Below the pieces are notes generated by a model. That model was given only the letters and a program-made list of their open reading frames with translations. It did not search any database and had not been told where the DNA came from. A stretch of 64,000 bases of DNA from Thermodesulfobacteriota bacterium (GTDB lineage Bacteria > Desulfobacterota_D > UBA1144 > Nemesobacterales > JAJCZQ01), in contig OZ244044.1 of the NCBI GenBank assembly GCA_965215275.1, forward strand, positions 160,001-224,000, in the 5' to 3' direction. Of the stretch, positions 39,467-49,118 are shown one piece after another. Every line of letters starts with the position of its first letter. The stretch's first letter is position 1. The translations under genes were made by a program, and so were the position numbers.

Positions 39467-40897
39467 ATGAAAAAATTCGACCTGACTATTATCGGTTCCG
39501 GACCGGGTGGGTATATAGCAGGAATTCGTGCTGCACAGCTTGGTATGAACGTTGCGGTAATTGAACGTGACAAACCTGGTGGGGTCTGTCTGAACTGGGG
39601 CTGTATACCTTCTAAAGCGATACTTAAATGTGCAGAAGTTTACAACTATATTATCAGTTCGGAAAATTACGGTATTAAAGCGGACGGGGTTTCGTACGAC
39701 TACTCAAAAGTAGTAGATAAAAGCCAAAATGCATCATCGACCTTGAACAAAGGTGTTGAGTTCCTGCTTAAAAAGAACAACGTCACCCTGTTCAAAGGGG
39801 TCGGAAAGATCGTAAAGGAAGATCAGATAGCCGTTCTTAACAAGGAAAGCACTGAGATCCATTCGGATAAGGTCCTTATAGCTACCGGCTCGGTACCAAG
39901 AACGATCCCCGGTCTGGAAATAGACGGCAAAATAGTTATGACCAGTGATGAAGCGATCAGACACCGCGAAGTTCCCAGATCCGTTGTAATTATAGGCGGT
40001 GGTTATATAGGAGTGGAATTTGCCTACGTTTATAACTCTTTCGGCAGTAAAGTTACGATCGTTGAAATGGAAAAGAACATTATTCCAGGGGCTGATGAGG
40101 AAGTCGCACAGGAACTGCGGAAGATCTTTAAAAAACAAGGGATAGAGGTACTTACTGAAACTAAATACAGGTCTGTCAAAAAGCAGAAGACATCCGCTAC
40201 CGTAACGGTCGAGAACGTACGCTCAGGTGAGGAAAAAAATATAAAAGCTTCGTTGGTGTTGGTTGCAATTGGGCGGAGAGCAGTTGCAAATGCTTCCCCG
40301 TCTTCTTTCAGTTATTACGGAAAGAAGGAAAGTCTTGGGCTTGAAGAGATCGGCGTTGAGCTCAGTGATGACGGTTTTATCAAGGTCGATAAGGATTATA
40401 TGACGACTAAAAACAATATCTATGCCATTGGCGACGTCATAGGTCCCCCTCTGCTGGCACATAAAGCCTCCGAAGAAGGTGTTGCGGCGGTAGAGATCAT
40501 GAACGGGATCAAAAGCAAGGTTCACTATAACAAGATACCGGGCTGCGTTTATTGTCAGCCCGAAGTAAGTACCCTCGGTCTTACCGAAAAACAGGTAAAG
40601 GAACAGGGTTTTGACTACACGGTCGGGAAATTTCCGTTCAAGGCCGCAGGAAAAGCCGTTGCCGTAGGTGATACAGATGGATTTGTAAAGATCCTGTCTG
40701 ACAAAAGGACCGGCGAGATACTCGGAGCTCATATCATAGGACATGGAGCCACGGAACTGATAGCAGAACTTGGCCTGGCGTCTTCCCTTGAAGCCACGCC
40801 CCTTGAGATCTCATACACCTCTCATGCTCACCCTACTCTTTCTGAAGCGATCATGGAAGCTGCACTGGGAGCGTTAGGAAGAACGCGCAATTTCTGA
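39467..40897 (+). CDS. lpdA: Dihydrolipoamide dehydrogenase (second copy)
   Basis: GSGPGGY, GGVCLNWGCIPSK, HAHPTLSE. Confidence 0.93.
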   Translation: MKKFDLTIIGSGPGGYIAGIRAAQLGMNVAVIERDKPGGVCLNWGCIPSKAILKCAEVYNYIISSENYGIKADGVSYDYSKVVDKSQNASSTLNKGVEFLLKKNNVTLFKGVGKIVKEDQIAVLNKESTEIHSDKVLIATGSVPRTIPGLEIDGKIVMTSDEAIRHREVPRSVVIIGGGYIGVEFAYVYNSFGSKVTIVEMEKNIIPGADEEVAQELRKIFKKQGIEVLTETKYRSVKKQKTSATVTVENVRSGEEKNIKASLVLVAIGRRAVANASPSSFSYYGKKESLGLEEIGVELSDDGFIKVDKDYMTTKNNIYAIGDVIGPPLLAHKASEEGVAAVEIMNGIKSKVHYNKIPGCVYCQPEVSTLGLTEKQVKEQGFDYTVGKFPFKAAGKAVAVGDTDGFVKILSDKRTGEILGAHIIGHGATELIAELGLASSLEATPLEISYTSHAHPTLSEAIMEAALGALGRTRNF

Positions 40898-40926
40898 ACA
40901 TCCTGCCGTTCAAGTCGTTTACTGCC

Positions 40927-41601
40927 ATGAGCACGCTTGATATATACCACCTTGGAACGATCAGTTACAAGGATGCCATGGATATACAGTTCAAGCTGCT
41001 CGAAAAGAGGATCAATAAAGAGATAAACGACTCTCTTTTACTGCTTGAGCATCCATCAACGATCACAATTGGCAGAAGCGGTAAAAGATCCAATCTTCTT
41101 ATTTCCGACAGTTATTTAAAAAGCAGAAATATAGAATTTTTTGAAACGAACAGAGGTGGGGACATAACGTTCCATGGTCCGGGACAGATCGTATGCTACC
41201 CGATCATAGACCTGGATGATCGCACAAAGGACGTTCATAAGTATATAAGGGATTTGGAAGAAATAATTATAGAGACCCTTAAGGAATTTGACGTTGAAGG
41301 GCAGAGGATCGATGGACTGACCGGAGTATGGACGAAGGGGTGCAAGGTCGCGTCTATTGGAGTGGGTATAAGAAGATGGACCACCTATCATGGGTTTGCC
41401 ATTAATGTAAATACTGACCTTGATCTTTTTGATCTTATAATCCCATGTGGAATTGCTGACGTTGAAATGACCTCTATAAAACGCTGTAATGACCTTGAAG
41501 ACAAAATAGAGATGGATTCCGTCTGTAAGATCATTATTGAAAAGTTCATTAACGAGTTTAAGTATCTTGAAACAGAGGAAAAAACGTTAGTTACTGACTG
41601 A
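40927..41601 (+). CDS. lipB: Lipoyl(octanoyl) transferase
   Basis: LLEHP..TIGR, RGGDITFHGPGQ, KVASIG, HGFAIN, IIPCG. Confidence 0.95.
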   Translation: MSTLDIYHLGTISYKDAMDIQFKLLEKRINKEINDSLLLLEHPSTITIGRSGKRSNLLISDSYLKSRNIEFFETNRGGDITFHGPGQIVCYPIIDLDDRTKDVHKYIRDLEEIIIETLKEFDVEGQRIDGLTGVWTKGCKVASIGVGIRRWTTYHGFAINVNTDLDLFDLIIPCGIADVEMTSIKRCNDLEDKIEMDSVCKIIIEKFINEFKYLETEEKTLVTD

Positions 41602-41697
41602 AACGACCCTGTCTAAGGCAAATTTCTCTTCCCTGTGCTCTCTATACTTCCTGCACAAATAATCTAACCTATACATACTAATGAAAGCACATTGTTG

Positions 41698-42360
41698 TCA
41701 CGGTATTTGTGAACCTAACTGTCCTGTGTCAGCGTCGACCGCTATGCAAGGGTTGCTCGTAGGACTGAAGAAGGACCAAACGCCGGTGCAATCAGCCATA
41801 TTCAAAGCATTTAGCTGTGTTCCATCATCATCCAGTACCGGTATAGGAAGGTTTGCAGAGTCAGATGCTTCTTGTACAAGAACATAAGGACACTTAATAA
41901 TGTCCGCCATTTCCGGGGCATTGGGACGACCTGACCAAAAACCACGCCATTCTTTTTCATTCATATTGTTTTGTACAAGGTTGTATATTCCGGGATTGAT
42001 AAATTCACCAGGGCGGGATTCAACGCTGGTCTGGTAAAACAGCACCATGGAATTTCTTCCAGGATTTCCTTTACTATCTTGCTGATTGGAACCGATGTAT
42101 CCTACTTGTCTAAAATGGTGTCGCCTGCCATTATCGTCAATGAATGTGCTTGTAGCCAGTATGTTGTTTTCGTTAAGCGTTACCTCTTCCATAACTTCAA
42201 AAGCACATATTGGCGTATTATTTGCCCCTAATGTTGTATAATATCCAACCCACTCCACTGGGGCTGGAGAACTGTCCTTACTATCACATGCGAATATAGT
42301 TGCTCCAGCAAGTAGAATTCCTGCAAATACTGAACTAATCTTTTTGTAATGTCGTAAAAT
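41698..42360 (-). CDS. Hypothetical lipoprotein with probable ATT start
   Basis: Frame of the 41698-42258 ORF stays open upstream and encodes LRHYKKISSVFAGILLAGATIFA-C; AGGAGA lies 6 nt before ATT 42360; no in-frame ATG upstream. Confidence 0.6.
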   Translation of the reverse strand: MLRHYKKISSVFAGILLAGATIFACDSKDSSPAPVEWVGYYTTLGANNTPICAFEVMEEVTLNENNILATSTFIDDNGRRHHFRQVGYIGSNQQDSKGNPGRNSMVLFYQTSVESRPGEFINPGIYNLVQNNMNEKEWRGFWSGRPNAPEMADIIKCPYVLVQEASDSANLPIPVLDDDGTQLNALNMADCTGVWSFFSPTSNPCIAVDADTGQLGSQIP

Positions 42361-42417
42361 AATATTTCTCCTGATAGATTTTCTCCAAATTTATTACAGA
42401 GGATCATATTTGTCAAT

Positions 42418-43706
42418 GGGAACTATATACTTAAGTATCCAGTGGATACTAAAAGTTCTCTTTGACGAGTCATAGACCAGTTCCTGTCCCCAACCCCTCT
42501 GCAGTCTCCCCGTCCAATCACCCCTTTCCCTGAGGCTATAATTTGTTTTATTCCAGTTTCCAACTGGTTAAATGCAGCATTTAAGTCAGCATTAACTTCA
42601 TAACCGCAAGATGTACACTTAAATCTGGATTGCGATCTTCTGTTATCAGGAGATCTGTGTCCGCATTCAGAACAGGTTTGACTGGTATATGCAGCTGGAA
42701 CTTCTTCAGTAGCATTACACTTGTAATCCAGCATCCTTTTCATATCAAACCAGCCAGTAGCACGAATGTTCCTGTTCATCTTGCGAAAGTTCTTCCATTT
42801 CTTTCTGGCTGTCATCCCTTGTGTATTAAGTCTCTCAAGTACAGGAACATCATAAAGATCGGAGATCTTTCTTGTAACCTGATGTCTCCAGTCCTTCTGT
42901 CTGTTTGCCAGCTTCCTATGAAGTTTCTGTAACCTTTCCTTAGTAATTCTCCACCTGTTACTTCTCTCTTCCTGACGTGCAAGTTTCTTTTGGTATCTGC
43001 GTATCTTTGCTTCTGTAAGTTCATCATCAGATAACTTAAAAACCTGTCCGTCAGACAGCGTAACCTGTCTTGAATTCCTGTCCATTGCTACAACTCTTAC
43101 TTCTTTCTTTTCCTTTTTAGTTTCATCTATCTCATAGGTAAGGTACGCATACCACTTACCGCATTCCTTCCTTATCCTGCCAGAAAGGAACTTTCCATCA
43201 GGATATGGATTCTTACCTGCCAACCTGAACCATCCAACCTTTAAAATACGGAGCCACTTATTATCTGACAGTTTAGCTGACTGATAATTTACCGGGAATG
43301 AAGGAGTGGTTTTTAATTTACTCTTGAATTTAGGTTGTCCCGATTTTCCATCCCTGTATCTCTTACAGGCATTTGTAAGGTCCAGTAAATAATGCTGAAG
43401 TATGTAAGCAGATGCTTCTTTCAGAAAGTAGTTCTTTTCTTCTTTCTTCAATTCTCTCAAATCGTTACCTAAACTCTCATGACCATAACCATCATTAAAA
43501 TCATTATCCTTTAAATTTCCCACGAATTGATTCCAGATAAACCTGCAACAGCCAGCAGTAGAGGAAAGTTTATGAAACTTCTCCCTGTTGTTTGATCTCA
43601 ACCTCTGCCTTACCGTTCTTATTGTCTTACCTTCTTTCATATTTGTAATTTTACCTTATTCCCTTGCTTTTTTTAAGTAGTTTGGATAGTTAAGTATATA
43701 GTCCCC
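42418..43706 (-). mobile_element. Non-autonomous TIR element carrying tnpB (IS1595-like ends)
   Basis: 24-bp TIRs GGGAACTATATACTTAAGTATCCA (42418-42441) and, on the minus strand, GGGGACTATATACTTAACTATCCA (43683-43706), 22/24 identical; perfect 8-bp TSD TTGTCAAT at 42410-42417 and 43707-43714. Confidence 0.9.
42423..43640 (-). CDS. tnpB: RNA-guided endonuclease TnpB family protein
   Basis: GCCRFIWN, PKFKSK, RuvC-I AMDRN, RuvC-II LERL, TSQTCSECG..FKCTSCG, RuvC-III NADLNAA. Confidence 0.9.
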   Translation of the reverse strand: MKEGKTIRTVRQRLRSNNREKFHKLSSTAGCCRFIWNQFVGNLKDNDFNDGYGHESLGNDLRELKKEEKNYFLKEASAYILQHYLLDLTNACKRYRDGKSGQPKFKSKLKTTPSFPVNYQSAKLSDNKWLRILKVGWFRLAGKNPYPDGKFLSGRIRKECGKWYAYLTYEIDETKKEKKEVRVVAMDRNSRQVTLSDGQVFKLSDDELTEAKIRRYQKKLARQEERSNRWRITKERLQKLHRKLANRQKDWRHQVTRKISDLYDVPVLERLNTQGMTARKKWKNFRKMNRNIRATGWFDMKRMLDYKCNATEEVPAAYTSQTCSECGHRSPDNRRSQSRFKCTSCGYEVNADLNAAFNQLETGIKQIIASGKGVIGRGDCRGVGDRNWSMTRQRELLVSTGYLSI

Positions 43707-43918
43707 TTGTCAATTAAGGGATCTGCCGTATGTTCAATATTCAATCGCAGATGTTTTAATATGAATAACTTGATAAGTTAAGTAATTGTTTTCAGGAGAA
43801 AGAGTTTTTCCGAACACGAGCCTCAAGGACATTACACGGTAACGCACCCGTTCTCCTCAACGAACTTATAAAAGAAAACCAGGTTGTAATTCTATCTTGT
43901 GTTTTGCTGTCAATATTA

Positions 43919-46372
43919 TCAGGTCTTTATCCGAGACCTAATCTTCCTTCTTATCACAACAGATACAGGTATAAGCATCAGCGATGCCACTGCTGTGAGC
44001 ATATCAGGAACGGCTTCGCTCTGACCGGAGACCGCACATCCTCCTCCGCCTGTATCACTACCTGATGACGTTGGTCTTTGTGTCGGTGGTCTTGTTGTTG
44101 GTGGGTCTGTCGGTCCTGGCGGCGTAGTTGTTACCCTGATCGTAAATCTCAGCTCATCCGTATCTCCATCTTCGTCCGTTACCTTATATGTATAACTGCC
44201 AGAAGATACAGCAGTCGGTGTTCCGCTGATAACTCTGTCAGTTTCACTGAAAGCAAGTCCAGCAGGTAAACCAGTAGCAGGTAAAAGAGGGGACAGGCTG
44301 TAGGTCAGTTCTCCATTCCCTGCTGTTGCCTCAGGCAGTGTTTCTTTTATTGCAGTTCCCGGCACGTAATTCTTATCTGGTATGGTCCAGTTGTTAAACG
44401 TCGGCGTGTCCCCAGACATATGACCATAGACCTTTATGTTCCATGAGTGTAAGGTCCCCGTACCTGCAATTGAATTGTTAGTTATCTTCAAGGTCCACTC
44501 TCCAGCAGGGTCCGTTCCTAAGTGATTGGCTAAACCAAAACGATGTTCCCTGCCTGTGTACTTAAAGTCGTCTACAGTAAGAGATCCGTCAGATAAATGT
44601 GATAACGCTTCTGATGCATATTCCTCAGTGAGTTTTGACACGGTAGTATCGTCAGGAGAAGTTATTTCTATATCTAAAAAAGGAAAGAAAGGATGGGTAA
44701 AATTGATACCTATCTCTATAAATTCCGTAAATACCTCAGTGTCTGGTATATCTATATCAGGTACTGTCAGTGTGAAAACAACTGAAACGTCTTCTGCGTT
44801 TTCCCCCGTTGTGAAGTCTGGTATAACCGTATTGATATTACCCGAGGAAACCGTCACGGGTTTCATTTGCGGTGGAACGTTGGTCCAGCTTTCTGCAAGT
44901 TCCACTGCAGCTGCAGCGTCTACTGTGCCAAAAGTATCTACTGTGCCAAAACCGAACTTTGGATTGTAAAAATAATACTCTGAATCAGAACCGTATTGAA
45001 GTGCTACTCTCTTCCATTCTTGGGTATCACCGGAACGGGAGCCCTGGCTGGCTGAACCTGCCAAGATCAGTTTCAGGTCTCGCCAGCTAAGATCACTGTT
45101 TACCTCTCTCATCAGTGCTGCAATTCCTGAAACGACCGCTGCTGAATTTGACGTTCCAGGGAACTCAAAAGTATAACCGTCGTTATTGTCGGTAGTTACA
45201 ATACCGGAACCCGGTGCACATACCCATAGATTGTATCCCTCTTCTGAAAAGGAACTCTTAGTAACAGCGAGCGCATCCCTATCGATCTCTGATGAACATA
45301 CGGTAGTTACTGCGTAGTAGTTGGAATACTCATCAAAATTAGCCTGGTCTGATCCTTCATGTCCGTCCCCTGCCGCCCATACGTAAAACACCCCTTTACC
45401 ACCAAATCCTTCTCTTATACCCGTTCTCACCCCTTCTTCCCACTCTGATGAAGCCTCTGTAAGAACGGGAAGGTCCTTCGGTCCCCAGTTGTTGACCGAT
45501 ACAGCAGTTATATCCTTATTACGGACCATGGCGTCCTTTGCATTAGCATCACTGAAGTTACCAGCTAAATTATAACTGTAGATGTTTGCCTCAGGTGCTA
45601 CACCTCTTACTCCAAGGCTGTTATCACCCACTGCTGCTATAATGCCAGCTACACGTGTTCCACGACCACTGAAAGGACTGTACAGATCACCATTCCCAGA
45701 GTAATCATGAGAAAGTGTGGTATCTACATTGTCAGCAAGGTCCTCATGGTCTGTGTCCATACCATGATCTACCACCGCTACGTTAATCCCAGCACCAAAT
45801 ACGGCATCATCCCAGACATCTTCTATGTTTATGTCTATATCTTGTCTGGCGGAGGTTTGGAATACCTTATCGCCACCTAATATTACATCAACCGCTGGAG
45901 ATTCCAGATACCACTGACAGCCGTATAAGGGATCATTTGGAAAATTGGTAGTAATAATTGAACAGGTTTCAAAGAGTTGATTAGAATCAGCTAATTGAAC
46001 TTGAACTCGATAGGATGTAGCACCACTGCTTCCTACAACGATATAGTACGTTCCCCGTCTGAGGTGAGTTTGTATAGATATATTTCCTAGTAGCCTTTCA
46101 TCACTTGGGTCCACTACTTCAGTAGTACTTGCTATCAGATCATCATTACTGTCACATACCTGTAGGCTGTATTCCTGATCATTGGAGAAGGGGAAGGTTA
46201 CCAATATATCTGCAATAAAATCTCCATTTATGTTTATCTGAAAGTAATGCGGATCAGCACCGGCAGCTAAACTTCCATTGTGTGTTGGTCCTTGCACTCT
46301 CAACGTAGCTTCGGTCGTTGCACTGGAGTCACAGTTGTTAATGCTGGTCTTACCATATGCACTAATGGACAC
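43919..46372 (-). CDS. Surface-anchored kexin/furin-like S8 protein (catalytic His replaced) with N-terminal PPC-like domain, P-domain, one Ig-like repeat and Gly-Cys-TM-basic anchor; true N-terminus lies upstream across a poly-C frameshift
   Basis: DPLYGCQWYL, VAVVDHG, GRGTRVAG, GTSNSA, DLSWRDLKLILA, GTDPAGEWTLKI, GGGGCAVS..LIPVSVVIRRKIR. Confidence 0.85.
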   Translation of the reverse strand: MSISAYGKTSINNCDSSATTEATLRVQGPTHNGSLAAGADPHYFQININGDFIADILVTFPFSNDQEYSLQVCDSNDDLIASTTEVVDPSDERLLGNISIQTHLRRGTYYIVVGSSGATSYRVQVQLADSNQLFETCSIITTNFPNDPLYGCQWYLESPAVDVILGGDKVFQTSARQDIDINIEDVWDDAVFGAGINVAVVDHGMDTDHEDLADNVDTTLSHDYSGNGDLYSPFSGRGTRVAGIIAAVGDNSLGVRGVAPEANIYSYNLAGNFSDANAKDAMVRNKDITAVSVNNWGPKDLPVLTEASSEWEEGVRTGIREGFGGKGVFYVWAAGDGHEGSDQANFDEYSNYYAVTTVCSSEIDRDALAVTKSSFSEEGYNLWVCAPGSGIVTTDNNDGYTFEFPGTSNSAAVVSGIAALMREVNSDLSWRDLKLILAGSASQGSRSGDTQEWKRVALQYGSDSEYYFYNPKFGFGTVDTFGTVDAAAAVELAESWTNVPPQMKPVTVSSGNINTVIPDFTTGENAEDVSVVFTLTVPDIDIPDTEVFTEFIEIGINFTHPFFPFLDIEITSPDDTTVSKLTEEYASEALSHLSDGSLTVDDFKYTGREHRFGLANHLGTDPAGEWTLKITNNSIAGTGTLHSWNIKVYGHMSGDTPTFNNWTIPDKNYVPGTAIKETLPEATAGNGELTYSLSPLLPATGLPAGLAFSETDRVISGTPTAVSSGSYTYKVTDEDGDTDELRFTIRVTTTPPGPTDPPTTRPPTQRPTSSGSDTGGGGCAVSGQSEAVPDMLTAVASLMLIPVSVVIRRKIRSRIKT

Positions 46373-46410
46373 AAAGCACAGAAGAAAGAAAAAAGGAATT
46401 AATAACTTAT

Positions 46411-46495
46411 GGGGGGGGGGGGAGAAACTTCAACATTATTATATTATTGTACTTATGTCCAGCTGAAAGGTCAAGTATATATGGAGGGGGGGGGG
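46411..46495 (-). repeat. Two poly-C tracts on the sense strand (G12 at 46411-46422, G10 at 46486-46495 on +)
   Basis: Seen directly; the first tract (C10) is in frame and the second (C12) leads into TAA; C11 would restore the signal peptide. Confidence 0.85.
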
Positions 46496-46532
46496 TAACA
46501 GAGATACGCGTTTTTAAACTCATAATAGTGAT

Positions 46533-46561
46533 ATTCTACTTCTGTTCTGCTGTAATGTCAA
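46533..46561 (-). promoter_or_regulatory. Sigma70-type promoter of S8-like surface protein gene 2
   Basis: TTGACA-N17-TAGAAT on the minus strand; ATG 9 nt downstream at 46523. Confidence 0.75.
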
Positions 46562-46726
46562 GTATAACGTCTTTCTCTTTCCCTTTTTTACAGTGATAAA
46601 GATCTTCAGGATATACGGATCATTCCTAAAATAACAATGAATAATTAAGACAATGCGACAGAGTTTGATAAAATAGATCAAAGTATTATCTGAAACTAAA
46701 ACCTGTACTTTATCTGACTATATATT

Positions 46727-47338
46727 ATGAAACTAATAGAAGAGATAATAATAGCAACAGAAAACAAGGGAAAGGCAGCTGAATTTTCGTATTTGCTAGG
46801 TAGTTACTTCAGCCGAGTTAGATGTTTGCTGGATTTTGATCAAATACCCGAAATAGTGGAAGATGGGAGTTCATTTGAAGAAAATGCCGTGAAAAAAGCT
46901 CAGATCACCTCTGAATTTTTCAATAAAATGGTAATTGCTGACGACTCAGGTCTGGCAGTGACTTCTTTAAATGGCGAACCGGGTATCTATTCTGCAAGAT
47001 ATGCAGGAGAGAACAGCACAGACGATCAGAACGTCAATAAACTCCTGGAGAAGATCAGATCAGTAAAGAACAGGGAAGCAAGATTTATATGCGCAGTAGT
47101 TCTTGCCTGTCCTGATGGTATGACCAGGCTGTTTAAAGGAACATGCAACGGCGTGATAATAGATGAAAAAAGAGGGAATAACGGATTTGGTTATGACCCG
47201 GTCTTTTACCTGCCAGAAATGAAAATGACCATGGCAGAACTCGACCCTGCCGATAAGAATAAAATAAGCCATAGAGCAAAAGCCGTTAAAAAGCTGGTAG
47301 ATTATTTGAATAGCTTTCTCGGTGTTGAAAGAACTTGA
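46727..47338 (+). CDS. rdgB: Non-canonical purine NTP pyrophosphatase (RdgB/HAM1)
   Basis: ATENKGK, ADDSGL, PGIYSARYAG, GFGYDPVF, KNKISHR. Confidence 0.95.
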   Translation: MKLIEEIIIATENKGKAAEFSYLLGSYFSRVRCLLDFDQIPEIVEDGSSFEENAVKKAQITSEFFNKMVIADDSGLAVTSLNGEPGIYSARYAGENSTDDQNVNKLLEKIRSVKNREARFICAVVLACPDGMTRLFKGTCNGVIIDEKRGNNGFGYDPVFYLPEMKMTMAELDPADKNKISHRAKAVKKLVDYLNSFLGVERT

Positions 47339-47491
47339 TCATTTAAATATACTTTACAAAAGCATATGATATAAGCAGGGAATGATAATGATCTGCTTTG
47401 TAAAGATCAACGTTCTTTAAAGGTGTGGAGGGTCTTTTCAAAGTAAATAAGGACTTGAAACTTAATGTTTTTGTTTAAAAATTTGATTTAA

Positions 47492-49105
<1,614 letters not shown>

Positions 49106-49118
49106 TTAGAACCAACTA

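Noticed and set aside
42228..42416. 62-aa minus-strand ORF in the track
   Set aside because: Overlaps the better-supported lipoprotein signal peptide in another frame and starts inside the TSD
38133..43640. Cas12f/type V CRISPR effectors or canonical IS605/IS607 elements
   Set aside because: No CRISPR array or cas1/cas2, and no Y1 or serine tnpA; the ends are TIRs with 8-bp TSDs
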